DNA of 32,000 nt from Acaryochloris marina S15 (GTDB lineage: Bacteria > Cyanobacteriota > Cyanobacteriia > Thermosynechococcales > Thermosynechococcaceae). Each line of letters starts with the position of its first letter. The first letter of the stretch is position 1. This document shows positions 9,629 to 18,418 of this stretch, in pieces. Location: contig NZ_CP064923.1 in the NCBI RefSeq assembly GCF_018336915.1, positions 4,320,001 to 4,352,000 on the forward strand. Direction: 5' to 3'. A program made the position numbers and the translations under genes. Below the pieces are notes generated by a model that was not told the origin of the DNA, did not search any database, and worked only from the letters and a program-made list of their open reading frames with translations.

Positions 9629-10774
9629 CTACATCTGGGAAACTGCTGCACCTTCAGCCGACAGTTTTTGCACCAATGCCAACAATTCTTGGGGATTAAA
9701 GGGCTTAGTCAAATAGGCCGTACATCCAGACATTCGGGCTCTCATGCGGTCAATCAGGCCTTCTCGCCCCGTCAGCATCACGACAGGGATTTCCTTGAGC
9801 ATATCGACTTGGCGAACCATGCGACATAGCTCATAACCATCCATCTTCGGCATTTCAATGTCCATCAAGATGACATTAGGTTGCTGCTCAATTAAGACCG
9901 TTAATGCCTGTTTCGGATCCATTAACTGCAGTACTTCAAAACCTTCTGCCTCTAGAGATAGCTTCACAAACTGCTGAATGGTTTGACTATCATCTACACA
10001 AGCGACAACGGGGCGAACTTGTTCTTCGATGACTTGATAAGGGTGCAGACTGATTGCTCCAGCCTGAACCATCGGCGCTAGATCAGTCGCCAGCGTTAGG
10101 ACATCTATATCTGCCTGGGTTGCCACCTCGTAGAAGCAAAGGCCTTGCTCTAATAAATTGACAATATTTTGTAAGTGTCTTCCTTGACCATTTTCCTTCC
10201 AAGCTAATTTCAGGAATTGATCGGGATCTTCTAAACGTGGCTTTTGGAACGGAGAACCAATGACAGCCTGCAGCTGTGCCCATTGATTAATTTGATCACG
10301 AACCGGTAGAACAAGCTGCCGAAACGGAGCAGATAGAAGTAGCGGATCTAGTCCCACATTAGGCTCAAATTCTAAGTAGCCTTGAGGGAGGGCTAAGAAC
10401 TGCATGAGTGCTTCTTGAGTCAGAATAGCCAGCAGTTTTCGGAAGAAATTTAGGGGTAAATTATTGGCCTGCCAATACTTGCACAGATAGGAATACTCTG
10501 ACGTATTATTCGGTAGAGACTCAGATAAATCAAAGTCGGGTAGCTGCTTTTTGAGCACGTAGGGTAATCGCTCAGCATGCCCCATTGTGCTTTCTGCAAA
10601 ATGCATTTGCCCACCGCCTAGATACACCCGCCAGCTAATCGACGGATCACGAGAATCAGTGATAGTGATGCGGCCAGACCGTTGCTCAGAGATCACTTTC
10701 TGCAGCACTTTAGCAGGTGCAACCTGTGGTTTGTCCTGTTGGGTGGGTGTTGGAAGACTGGAGGTATAGGTCAT
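9629..10774 (-). CDS. PatA-type response regulator (N-terminal PATAN/DUF4388 domain + C-terminal receiver)
   Basis: The 381-aa ORF has a C-terminal REC domain (VVACVDDSQT...ILMDIEMPKMDGYELC...LTGREGLIDRMRARMSGCTAYLTKPF). The N-terminal region SGRITITD...WRVYLGGGQMHFAE is typical of PATAN domains. Confidence 0.8.
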   Translation of the reverse strand: MTYTSSLPTPTQQDKPQVAPAKVLQKVISEQRSGRITITDSRDPSISWRVYLGGGQMHFAESTMGHAERLPYVLKKQLPDFDLSESLPNNTSEYSYLCKYWQANNLPLNFFRKLLAILTQEALMQFLALPQGYLEFEPNVGLDPLLLSAPFRQLVLPVRDQINQWAQLQAVIGSPFQKPRLEDPDQFLKLAWKENGQGRHLQNIVNLLEQGLCFYEVATQADIDVLTLATDLAPMVQAGAISLHPYQVIEEQVRPVVACVDDSQTIQQFVKLSLEAEGFEVLQLMDPKQALTVLIEQQPNVILMDIEMPKMDGYELCRMVRQVDMLKEIPVVMLTGREGLIDRMRARMSGCTAYLTKPFNPQELLALVQKLSAEGAAVSQM

Positions 10775-11106
10775 AAACTAACTGATTTGGTAGTTAATAG
10801 TCAGAGCATTGGCAGTTACCAGCTCAGCAAGATGGCAAGTGGCAGATTTGATCTAGAACAACTTTTTCAGGTGCATGCCCTCATTCTTAGGATGGACCGT
10901 TTACCCTTGAGAACATATGCGTAAAATCACGTATTTTTGCCCTAGGAGCGAATTATTAGTAACAATTAGCAGCAATATACGGGGGATTCTTAGTATTAGT
11001 ATGGACTAAAAACTCATCAGAATTTACTTTTGAGTAAAACTTCAAATAGTAGGAAGCACAAAGGTATTTTGTATATTCATCTTCAGCTCATCTAAGATGT
11101 TCAGGC

Positions 11107-13368
11107 TTACTGGGACCTGAGTTTTTCCCTGAGGGTTTGAAATCTAAGATGAACATCGCTCAAGTCATAGGTTTGATGTCCATATCGCCAACTCACATAA
11201 CTCTGAGAAATCTCAGTCACTAGGTCAGCGATCGCCCCTTCCCCCTTTTGATGCAAACGACGAGTATATTCAAATGGAGTTTCATGGGGGTGTTTCGGTA
11301 CACCCCGATTTGCTAACAAATGCAGCATTCGCTGATATAACTTCTCCATCGGTGGCAAAGTTGCAAGGCGTCGCCGATAGCGCCACCATTGCCAACCTTG
11401 CGGGGCCAGCCAGCCAAGAACGGCCATCCCACTCAGAACTAGCAATCCAGCACCCCAACCTTGCCAGCCACCGGTAAAAAATCCTAATGCTTTGGCCAAC
11501 CCTTCACCGATCAGGGCGAATATTGCTGTCAAGCCGTTCATCATGGGCGAGGGGAGCCAACCTGCCACCCAGTTCCATAAGGTCTTCAACACAGAGAAAG
11601 TATAGTCATCATCCACAGAAGGGGGAACCAAGTCATGACCTGGAATGGGATCAAATGTAAACCAACCAAACTGGGGGATATAGACCTCAGCCATGGCAAA
11701 GGCATCCACATTTTTCACTTCATAGAGCCCCGTGAACGCATTAAATTCCCCGGGGCCAAATCCCGTCACCAGGCGGGCGGGGATGCCGATGGAGCGCAAC
11801 ATCATCGTTAAGGCTGTCGAAAAATGATCAGGATAGCCCCCCTGATATTTGAATAGGAAGGCACTCACTAAATCTTCTTCTGACTCAAGCACCGGCAGAT
11901 CAAGCTGAAGTGAATAAGCTTGTTTGACGCTTTGAGCTAAATACAGGGCTTTCTCATAAGCCGAAATGGGGGGACGATTGGCTTTCTCCAAGAGTGCGTC
12001 TGTCTGCTCTTTAACCTGAGGCGCAATATCATCGGGGATTTGCAGATAATGCTGGCGAATAAAGGGTGGATACTGGCGGGATACTTTGCGTAGCTGCTTG
12101 CGATCGCGATATGGAACATCAGAAATGACCGAGTAGGTCAGTCCATCCTGGAGCTGCACGGGGGATCGGAATCCCCCTTCTGGATCTCTAGCAATTTCAC
12201 GGGTGGGAAAATAAACTTCACGGGCTTGACTCAGGGCTGGAATCAGGTTGGGGAACCGAGCAACAATGGAATAGGTTTGAATTACTTCTTTGGTTCGGCC
12301 TCGCTGTCCTAGTTGAGGCACCACAAACCGATAGGACCAAGCCGGTCGACTCAAGGTCTCAGATTTGTCATTGCGAGACATCTTCCAGCCTTGACCGGTA
12401 TATTCGTCAAAGGCTAAGACGCGCCAAAATCCAGGGGCTTGCGATCGCACCCGCATCACAATTTCAGGCTTGAGAGCACCTCGCAAATTCTGGTTGATGC
12501 TTTGACTGAACCCGTAATAGAACTGATCATCAAAGGCAATCTCTCCCTGGAGGTCTTCGCCATCTTGCCCTGTTCCGTCCCAAGTGGCACTATCTCCTTG
12601 ACCATAGCCAGGATTAACGATTTGCTGGGCATCAAACTTACCCGGAATATCAATCGCAGCACTCACGGGTAACGTTCTCAGCTGGTATCCGGGTAAACGC
12701 GGTAGCAAGGCAAAAATCACTAGCCCCACCGTCACCACTGCCACTAGCATCTTGCCCATCTGGACTGGTGGCAGGCTTATCGATCGACGTTTGAGCAGTT
12801 TCAAACCTAGGCGCGATCGATAATCCAGGATGAGGACGGGCAACGCACAAGCAATAAAGAGTAAGAGCCATCCCCCGAACACCATCGTTTCGCTGACGGT
12901 GGCTGCGACTCCAACCAAAATGATGCCGATAACGGCTGAGTACCCCAAGTCTTTGCGTCGGGGTAGGTCAAAGGCATGCAGAATTTGAACCTGAATCAGT
13001 AACTCCGTCAATAGGATACGGGAGTCACCTGCTTGGCCCGCTAAACGGCTGAGGAAAACCGCCAAGACGAGGATCATGCCAATGGCAATCCCACATTTGG
13101 CTGCAATATTTCGACGATGCCGCTGTCGCCAACTCCAGGTGGCCCCCATCAAACTCAGGGGAATCGCCCATAAACTATGCCAGCTCCCTGTTGCCGAATC
13201 CGTCGCCAGGATTCCCACACAAACGAGGATTTGCACGCCTAAACGCAACGCCATAGAGTCTTCTGGCGGCAGCGGCCGAGGCTGCAGCCGTTGAGAGACC
13301 TGTTGCCACCAAGATTGAGATAGGAAAGAGCGCTGCATCAATTGTTCAAGGTAATGGCTGAGCCCCAA
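11107..13368 (-). CDS. TgpA-like membrane protein with transglutaminase-like core (catalytic Cys/His not conserved)
   Basis: The 753-aa ORF has an N-terminal multi-TM region, a central transglutaminase-core-like block (GGYPDHFSTALTMMLRSIGIPARLVTGF...DAFAMAEVYIPQFGWFTFDP) and a C-terminal TM segment plus DUF4129-like tail. Confidence 0.75.
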   Translation of the reverse strand: MGLSHYLEQLMQRSFLSQSWWQQVSQRLQPRPLPPEDSMALRLGVQILVCVGILATDSATGSWHSLWAIPLSLMGATWSWRQRHRRNIAAKCGIAIGMILVLAVFLSRLAGQAGDSRILLTELLIQVQILHAFDLPRRKDLGYSAVIGIILVGVAATVSETMVFGGWLLLFIACALPVLILDYRSRLGLKLLKRRSISLPPVQMGKMLVAVVTVGLVIFALLPRLPGYQLRTLPVSAAIDIPGKFDAQQIVNPGYGQGDSATWDGTGQDGEDLQGEIAFDDQFYYGFSQSINQNLRGALKPEIVMRVRSQAPGFWRVLAFDEYTGQGWKMSRNDKSETLSRPAWSYRFVVPQLGQRGRTKEVIQTYSIVARFPNLIPALSQAREVYFPTREIARDPEGGFRSPVQLQDGLTYSVISDVPYRDRKQLRKVSRQYPPFIRQHYLQIPDDIAPQVKEQTDALLEKANRPPISAYEKALYLAQSVKQAYSLQLDLPVLESEEDLVSAFLFKYQGGYPDHFSTALTMMLRSIGIPARLVTGFGPGEFNAFTGLYEVKNVDAFAMAEVYIPQFGWFTFDPIPGHDLVPPSVDDDYTFSVLKTLWNWVAGWLPSPMMNGLTAIFALIGEGLAKALGFFTGGWQGWGAGLLVLSGMAVLGWLAPQGWQWWRYRRRLATLPPMEKLYQRMLHLLANRGVPKHPHETPFEYTRRLHQKGEGAIADLVTEISQSYVSWRYGHQTYDLSDVHLRFQTLREKLRSQ

Positions 13369-13529
13369 GGGGCAGCCTTAGTTTACCCAGCGACCCCACG
13401 CATATTCGCTAAAACGAACCTCCCAGATGCAGAAGTAGAGCATTGGGTTGCATTAAAGGACCGCTGAGCATGGCTGAAATCTACAGTGAATTTCGTCAAC
13501 GGAGTGCCCAACACTCTCGTCTGTGGATG

Positions 13530-13838
13530 CTATGCAGCGGCAAAATCCAATAGCTCATCTTCTTGCTTAACTAGAATCGTGCAATTCGCGCGGGCATAAG
13601 CACAGCAGGTCAGCATAAAACCGGCCTCTTCTTCGGCATCACTCAAGATAGAGTGATCATGCTCGACTTCACCATTGACAACCCTGCCTACACAGGTAAT
13701 GCAAGATCCAGAACGACAAGAGGCAGGGAGTTCTATTCCTTCTAACTCTGCTGCATCATAGATATATTCATCCGCTGGGACACAAATAGTGTTCTCTTCC
13801 CCAGTGGTCTCATCCCGAAACGTGACGTCATAAACCAT
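13530..13838 (-). CDS. plant-type [2Fe-2S] ferredoxin
   Basis: The 102-aa ORF carries the cluster ligand pattern CRSGSCITC...LTCC (C-x4-C-x2-C...C). Confidence 0.85.
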   Translation of the reverse strand: MVYDVTFRDETTGEENTICVPADEYIYDAAELEGIELPASCRSGSCITCVGRVVNGEVEHDHSILSDAEEEAGFMLTCCAYARANCTILVKQEDELLDFAAA

Positions 13839-14242
13839 GGCTAGTGCTTATCTCCGTGTTAAATAACTCAGTGCTCTAATGTGGGGTAAACATCTACTCC
13901 CCCCTGCCCTGAAGATCGGTAGAAGGCAGGTAAAATCGCTCAACTACTTATTAATTATTCACAATTCTTTACAAATCCCCCTCAGGGAAAATACTGAATA
14001 CTGAAGATTTCAAGGAATGACTTCTTATTCATCAGCTTTGATATAACGGTGATTGGACGTTCCTTTTAGCCGTTATCGTCGTCATTGAGATGGATCAACA
14101 TAGGATTGAGCAATTCACGCCCGAAGATGGGGAACTCCGTTCGTTCAATTGAGGGGGAAGAAGTGAACAGAAGCCCTGGATTTCGTGTAAGTTTAGGGTA
14201 AGTAATTTTGCATCCACCAACACTCAGGATAATTTTCTTCTT

Positions 14243-14698
14243 ATGCCATTGCTTGCGACCGGGAAAAAATTTATTCGCACCATTGAACAGTCGGGCGCTG
14301 TTGGCATTTATGTTCCGTCTGAAGGTGGATTTGAAGGCCGCTACAAGCGCCGGCTCCGGGCAACAGGGTATCTAACACTATTTGTATCCGCCCCAGGTAT
14401 GGGCGACTTAGCCTCTTACTTCACCGATGTCCACGGGGTGCGCCCTCCTCATTTAGGTAAAAACCAAATTCGCACGTATTTCCTGCCCCCCTTCGTTAAT
14501 TATCAACTAGAGAACTTACCGCCCCAGGCGAAGGGTTTAGCCCTATGGCTCTACGACGGTAAACGGTTAGCGAAGCAAGAACTAGCCTATCTAGATGCGA
14601 TTACTGCCACTGAACCTCGCCTAAAAGTTGTGATTGAGTTAGGCGGTGCCCGGACCTTTGAATGGCAGCCCCTTTCCGAGATTATAGCGGCAGCGTAG
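14243..14698 (+). CDS. ndhN: NAD(P)H-quinone oxidoreductase (NDH-1) subunit N
   Basis: The 151-aa ORF has the N-terminus MPLLATGKKFIRTIEQSGAVGIYVPSEGGFEGRYKRRLRATGY, characteristic of cyanobacterial and plastid NdhN. Confidence 0.88.
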   Translation: MPLLATGKKFIRTIEQSGAVGIYVPSEGGFEGRYKRRLRATGYLTLFVSAPGMGDLASYFTDVHGVRPPHLGKNQIRTYFLPPFVNYQLENLPPQAKGLALWLYDGKRLAKQELAYLDAITATEPRLKVVIELGGARTFEWQPLSEIIAAA

Positions 14699-14770
14699 AA
14701 GCTTCGATCTACCGTTAAGACAAAGCAAAATGTTCACCCAGCACTAATCGATTCGGATTAGGCTTATAAG

Positions 14771-15907
14771 GTGAATGATTTTGCTTCTCCTCTCCAATCC
14801 CTCGATCAGGGCAACTGGTTCAAGTTAATTTGTGGGGCCAGCTATCAGCATTTGCCTGCTGTCCGCAATCTGGTTTTGGCCTATACCTTGGCAGGTGCAG
14901 ATTGTATTGATGTCGCTGCGGATCCAGCCGTGATTGCAGTTGCCGAAGATGCGATCGCAACCGCAATCCAACTCTCCCCCACCCACCCCCGGCCCCTATT
15001 GATGGTCAGTCTCAATGCTGGGGAGGATCCACATTTTCGCAAGGCGACTCTCCAGCCTGAACAGTGCCCCTCCGACTGTTCTCAACCCTGTGTGGGCGTT
15101 TGTCCTGCAGATGCGATCGCATTCCCCAGCCCCGGCGTAGTGACCGATCGCTGCTATGGCTGCGGACGCTGTTTACCCGTTTGCCCCATTGAACAAATCA
15201 TCACGGTTTCCCACGCCGCTAAACCGGACATCGTCGGCCCCTTCATTCAGGCTGGCGTGGTACAAGCCTTAGAAATTCACACCCAAGTGGGGCATCTGGC
15301 AGAGTTTAAGCAGCTGTGGCAAACACTCAACCCCTTTGTACCCCACTTACAGGTCTTAGCGGTGAGCTGTCCCGATGGCCCTGGCCTCCTGGAGTATCTA
15401 GCGAGTCTCTACCAACTCATGGAACCGTTACCCTGCACCCTAATCTGGCAAACCGATGGCCGCCCCATGAGTGGAGACATTGGGGATGGCACCACCCGAG
15501 CAACGGTACTCCTAGCAGAAAAAGTATTAAAGGCACAGTTACCCGGTTATGTCCAACTGGCCGGCGGCACAAATCGGCATACTATTGCTAAACTCAAAGC
15601 CAAAGGGTTACTGCATCCTAGGTTGATGAGTCCAGCCATGAAGATCCAGGCATCCTACATCGCGGGTGTTGCCTACGGCAGTTTTGCGCGGAACCTACTC
15701 GCCCCCCTTCAAACCCAACTGGAAACCTTTTCAACCCATCAGGTAGAACATCATGCTCAATTACTCCATGAGGCCGTCTCTCTAGCCTCATCACTAGTGG
15801 CCCAGCTGAAACCTGTTTTGAATCAACCTCAGGCCAGAAGCGACCTAGGCCAAGATTTACCGTTAGTCCCACAGATGAGACGGGGGAACTCATCTCGGAT
15901 CTGCTAG
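14771..15907 (+). CDS. ldpA: light-dependent period protein LdpA (iron-sulfur redox sensor of the circadian input pathway)
   Basis: The 378-aa ORF has a GTG start. WFKLICGASYQHLPAVRNLVLAYTLAGADCIDVAA is the conserved LdpA N-terminus. Two Cys clusters are present: CPSDCSQPCVGVCP and CYGCGRCLPVCP. Confidence 0.85.
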   Translation: MNDFASPLQSLDQGNWFKLICGASYQHLPAVRNLVLAYTLAGADCIDVAADPAVIAVAEDAIATAIQLSPTHPRPLLMVSLNAGEDPHFRKATLQPEQCPSDCSQPCVGVCPADAIAFPSPGVVTDRCYGCGRCLPVCPIEQIITVSHAAKPDIVGPFIQAGVVQALEIHTQVGHLAEFKQLWQTLNPFVPHLQVLAVSCPDGPGLLEYLASLYQLMEPLPCTLIWQTDGRPMSGDIGDGTTRATVLLAEKVLKAQLPGYVQLAGGTNRHTIAKLKAKGLLHPRLMSPAMKIQASYIAGVAYGSFARNLLAPLQTQLETFSTHQVEHHAQLLHEAVSLASSLVAQLKPVLNQPQARSDLGQDLPLVPQMRRGNSSRIC

Positions 15908-15947
15908 CTCGCAGCTAGCCCTTTGTTATTTCATTTACTGCAAATTC

Positions 15948-17681
15948 ATGGTTGAACAAGCATCAGGAGAAAACCAGCACATCACCGATAATCTTGAACA
16001 ATTGCTCGATATTTTGCCCGAGACATTGCGATCTCACCTGCAACAACACCCCCAACGCAGTGTGATGATTGAAGTGGTGATGGATCTGGGTCGCCAACCG
16101 GAAGCTCGCTTCCCAGGCCAAGCCGAATATTTATCCACAGAACCCATTAGCCGAGACGATTTAGACTATTGCATTCAACGGGTCAGTCACTTCAGTGGTG
16201 ATAACCGGGCCGGTATCGAGCGGACCCTACATCGGATTAGCGCCATGCGCAACCGCCAAGGAGAAGTGATTGGCCTCACCTGTCGAGTGGGTCGTGCCGT
16301 GTTAGGCACCACTGAAATTATTCGCGACCTCGTGGAAAGTGGTCGTTCAATCCTCATGCTGGGACGCCCTGGTGTCGGTAAAACGACAGCCTTGCGAGAA
16401 ATTGCTCGGGTCCTAGCCGATGACCTCCTGAAACGGGTCGTTATTATTGACACCTCTAACGAGATTGCCGGGGATGGCGATATTCCCCACCCTGCCATTG
16501 GTCGCGCCCGACGGATGCAGGTGGCCCGCCCCGAATTACAACATCAGGTCATGATCGAGGCGGTGGAGAACCACACCCCAGAAGTCATCGTAATTGATGA
16601 AATTGGCACCGAATTAGAAGCGGCGGCGGCCCGCACCATTGCTGAACGAGGGGTGCAGTTAATTGGTACCGCCCACGGCAATCGCATCGAAAACCTGCTG
16701 AAAAATCCCACCTTATCTGACTTAGTGGGCGGCATTCAGTCTGTCACCCTGGGAGATGATGAAGCTCGTCGTCGGGGCAGCCAAAAAAGTGTGCTAGAGC
16801 GGAAAGCTCCCCCGACCTTTGATATTGCTGTCGAAATGTCAGAGCGGTCCCGCTGGATTGTGCATGAAGAAGTCGCCAACACGATTGATAATCTCCTGAG
16901 AGGTCGAATTCCCAATCCTCAAGTCCGTACGGTCAGCGATAGCGGCAAGGTCACCATTACCCATGAACTGTCTACTACGCCCATCGCCGAGCCGACCCCC
17001 ATTGAGTCCGCCCCCAGTGGCTGGCGAGCCTCAGGTCGGATGCAGCCCGTTCCAAATCCCGTTGCTCCAGCCAAAACAGATTTCAATGAGTTTCAAACCC
17101 TATTGGATGCATCCTTGCAGCAGCAAGATCAGTATGGCAATACCCTCAATTTCACCGCAGGTCCCAACGGCGAGGATCTGCCCCTCCATGTCTATCCCTA
17201 TGCCGTCAGTCGGTCTCAACTCGATCAGGTGATTACAACCCTGAATTTACCGATTGTGCTCACCAAGGATATGGATCATGCAGACGTGATCTTTGCCTTG
17301 CGATCGCATCTTAAGCATCATTCCAAATTGCGCAATTTAGCCAAGACCCGCCAGGTTCCCATCCACACCGTTAAGTCGAGTACCATTCCTCAAATTGCCA
17401 GAGGTCTACGCCGCCTGGTAAATATGGACGATCCAGGCACCCCAGAGCTGGTGGATCTCAAGCTGTTTTCCGGCAGTAATGATGACGATGAGATGGAAGC
17501 TCTAGAAGAAGCCAGACTTGCGGTTGAGCAAATCGTTATTCCCAAAAAGCAGCCCGTAGAGTTACTGCCCCGATCTGCCAGCATTCGCAAAATGCAGCAT
17601 GAGTTGATTGAGCATTACCGTTTGCAGTCTCGCAGTTTTGGCGAAGATCCGAATCGCCGACTTCGGATTTATCCTGCTTAG
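15948..17681 (+). CDS. Ycf45-like P-loop ATPase with C-terminal R3H nucleic-acid-binding domain
   Basis: The 577-aa ORF has Walker A GRPGVGKTT and Walker B VIVIDEIG of a SpoIIIAA/ycf45-like ATPase core. The C-terminus ...RLQSRSFGEDPNRRLRIYPA is R3H-like. Confidence 0.75.
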   Translation: MVEQASGENQHITDNLEQLLDILPETLRSHLQQHPQRSVMIEVVMDLGRQPEARFPGQAEYLSTEPISRDDLDYCIQRVSHFSGDNRAGIERTLHRISAMRNRQGEVIGLTCRVGRAVLGTTEIIRDLVESGRSILMLGRPGVGKTTALREIARVLADDLLKRVVIIDTSNEIAGDGDIPHPAIGRARRMQVARPELQHQVMIEAVENHTPEVIVIDEIGTELEAAAARTIAERGVQLIGTAHGNRIENLLKNPTLSDLVGGIQSVTLGDDEARRRGSQKSVLERKAPPTFDIAVEMSERSRWIVHEEVANTIDNLLRGRIPNPQVRTVSDSGKVTITHELSTTPIAEPTPIESAPSGWRASGRMQPVPNPVAPAKTDFNEFQTLLDASLQQQDQYGNTLNFTAGPNGEDLPLHVYPYAVSRSQLDQVITTLNLPIVLTKDMDHADVIFALRSHLKHHSKLRNLAKTRQVPIHTVKSSTIPQIARGLRRLVNMDDPGTPELVDLKLFSGSNDDDEMEALEEARLAVEQIVIPKKQPVELLPRSASIRKMQHELIEHYRLQSRSFGEDPNRRLRIYPA

Positions 17682-17767
17682 TTCGGACACTCAGCCTCAA
17701 AAACGGGTGGGATAGCACCACCGTTTCAGGTAAGATTCTCTGGCAAGGCTTACTAAGGATTGGCTTA

Positions 17768-18418
17768 ATGTACCTGTTTTTAGACACTGCAGATATTAAG
17801 GCCTGGGACTTTTGGCTGAGTAAGGGCTTATTTTATGGGGTCACAACCAATCCCACCTTATTGGAACGAGCACATATCCCTTGCACCCTCGACCAACTCA
17901 AAAAGCTAGCTATAGAAGCCTTTCAGCGAGGCGCTCAAGAAATTCATTTACAGACCTGGGGCACTGAAGTTGAAGATTTAGTTCGTCGGGGATGTGCGAT
18001 CGCAGCCATCGATTCCCGCGTAGTGGTTAAAGTGCCCATTACTTTGGCTGGTACAGAAGCAGCTGCACAGTTAATTCAGCAAGGAATTCGGGTTACTTTG
18101 ACTGGAGTATATGCCGTTCATCAAGCATTGATTGCTGCAGCCCTTAAGGCTGATTATGCTGCCCCCTATTTGGGGCGAATGACGGATCTGGGGCAAGATG
18201 GCAGGCAAGATATCATTTCGATGCAAAGAGGCTTGAATGGTGTCAATAGTTCCACAAAGCTTTTGGTGGCAAGTATCCGAAGTGTTGATGACATCACTGA
18301 TCTAACTCAGGAAACCCTCGATACGTTTACGGTATCACCTGCGATCGCAGAGCAACTCTTCCAAGTCGATGCAACTATAGATGCTGCACTAGCCTTTGAA
18401 AAAGCGGCACAAAATTAA
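17768..18418 (+). CDS. tal: transaldolase / fructose-6-phosphate aldolase family (short type)
   Basis: The 216-aa ORF begins MYLFLDTADI...GVTTNPTLL and contains VKVP (the Schiff-base Lys region) and APYLGR, as in small transaldolases. Confidence 0.85.
   Translation: MYLFLDTADIKAWDFWLSKGLFYGVTTNPTLLERAHIPCTLDQLKKLAIEAFQRGAQEIHLQTWGTEVEDLVRRGCAIAAIDSRVVVKVPITLAGTEAAAQLIQQGIRVTLTGVYAVHQALIAAALKADYAAPYLGRMTDLGQDGRQDIISMQRGLNGVNSSTKLLVASIRSVDDITDLTQETLDTFTVSPAIAEQLFQVDATIDAALAFEKAAQN

Noticed and set aside
15316-15893. ORFs 15316-15591 (+) and 15618-15893 (-) overlapping ldpA
   Set aside because: They lie inside the conserved ldpA frame and give Pro/Arg/Trp-rich nonsense-like translations.
15903-15919. 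GCTAGC-TCGCA-GCTAGC hairpin at the ldpA stop codon, followed by a T-rich stretch
   Set aside because: The stem is only 6 bp and is made of a self-palindromic hexamer. It is too weak to call a terminator, and the next gene starts 40 nt later and is probably co-transcribed.
16187-17590. Several antisense or out-of-frame ORFs within the ycf45-like gene (16187-16498, 16544-16735, 16963-17232, 17390-17590)
   Set aside because: They give Ser/Arg/Pro-rich low-complexity translations and are fully nested in a gene with clear Walker motifs.
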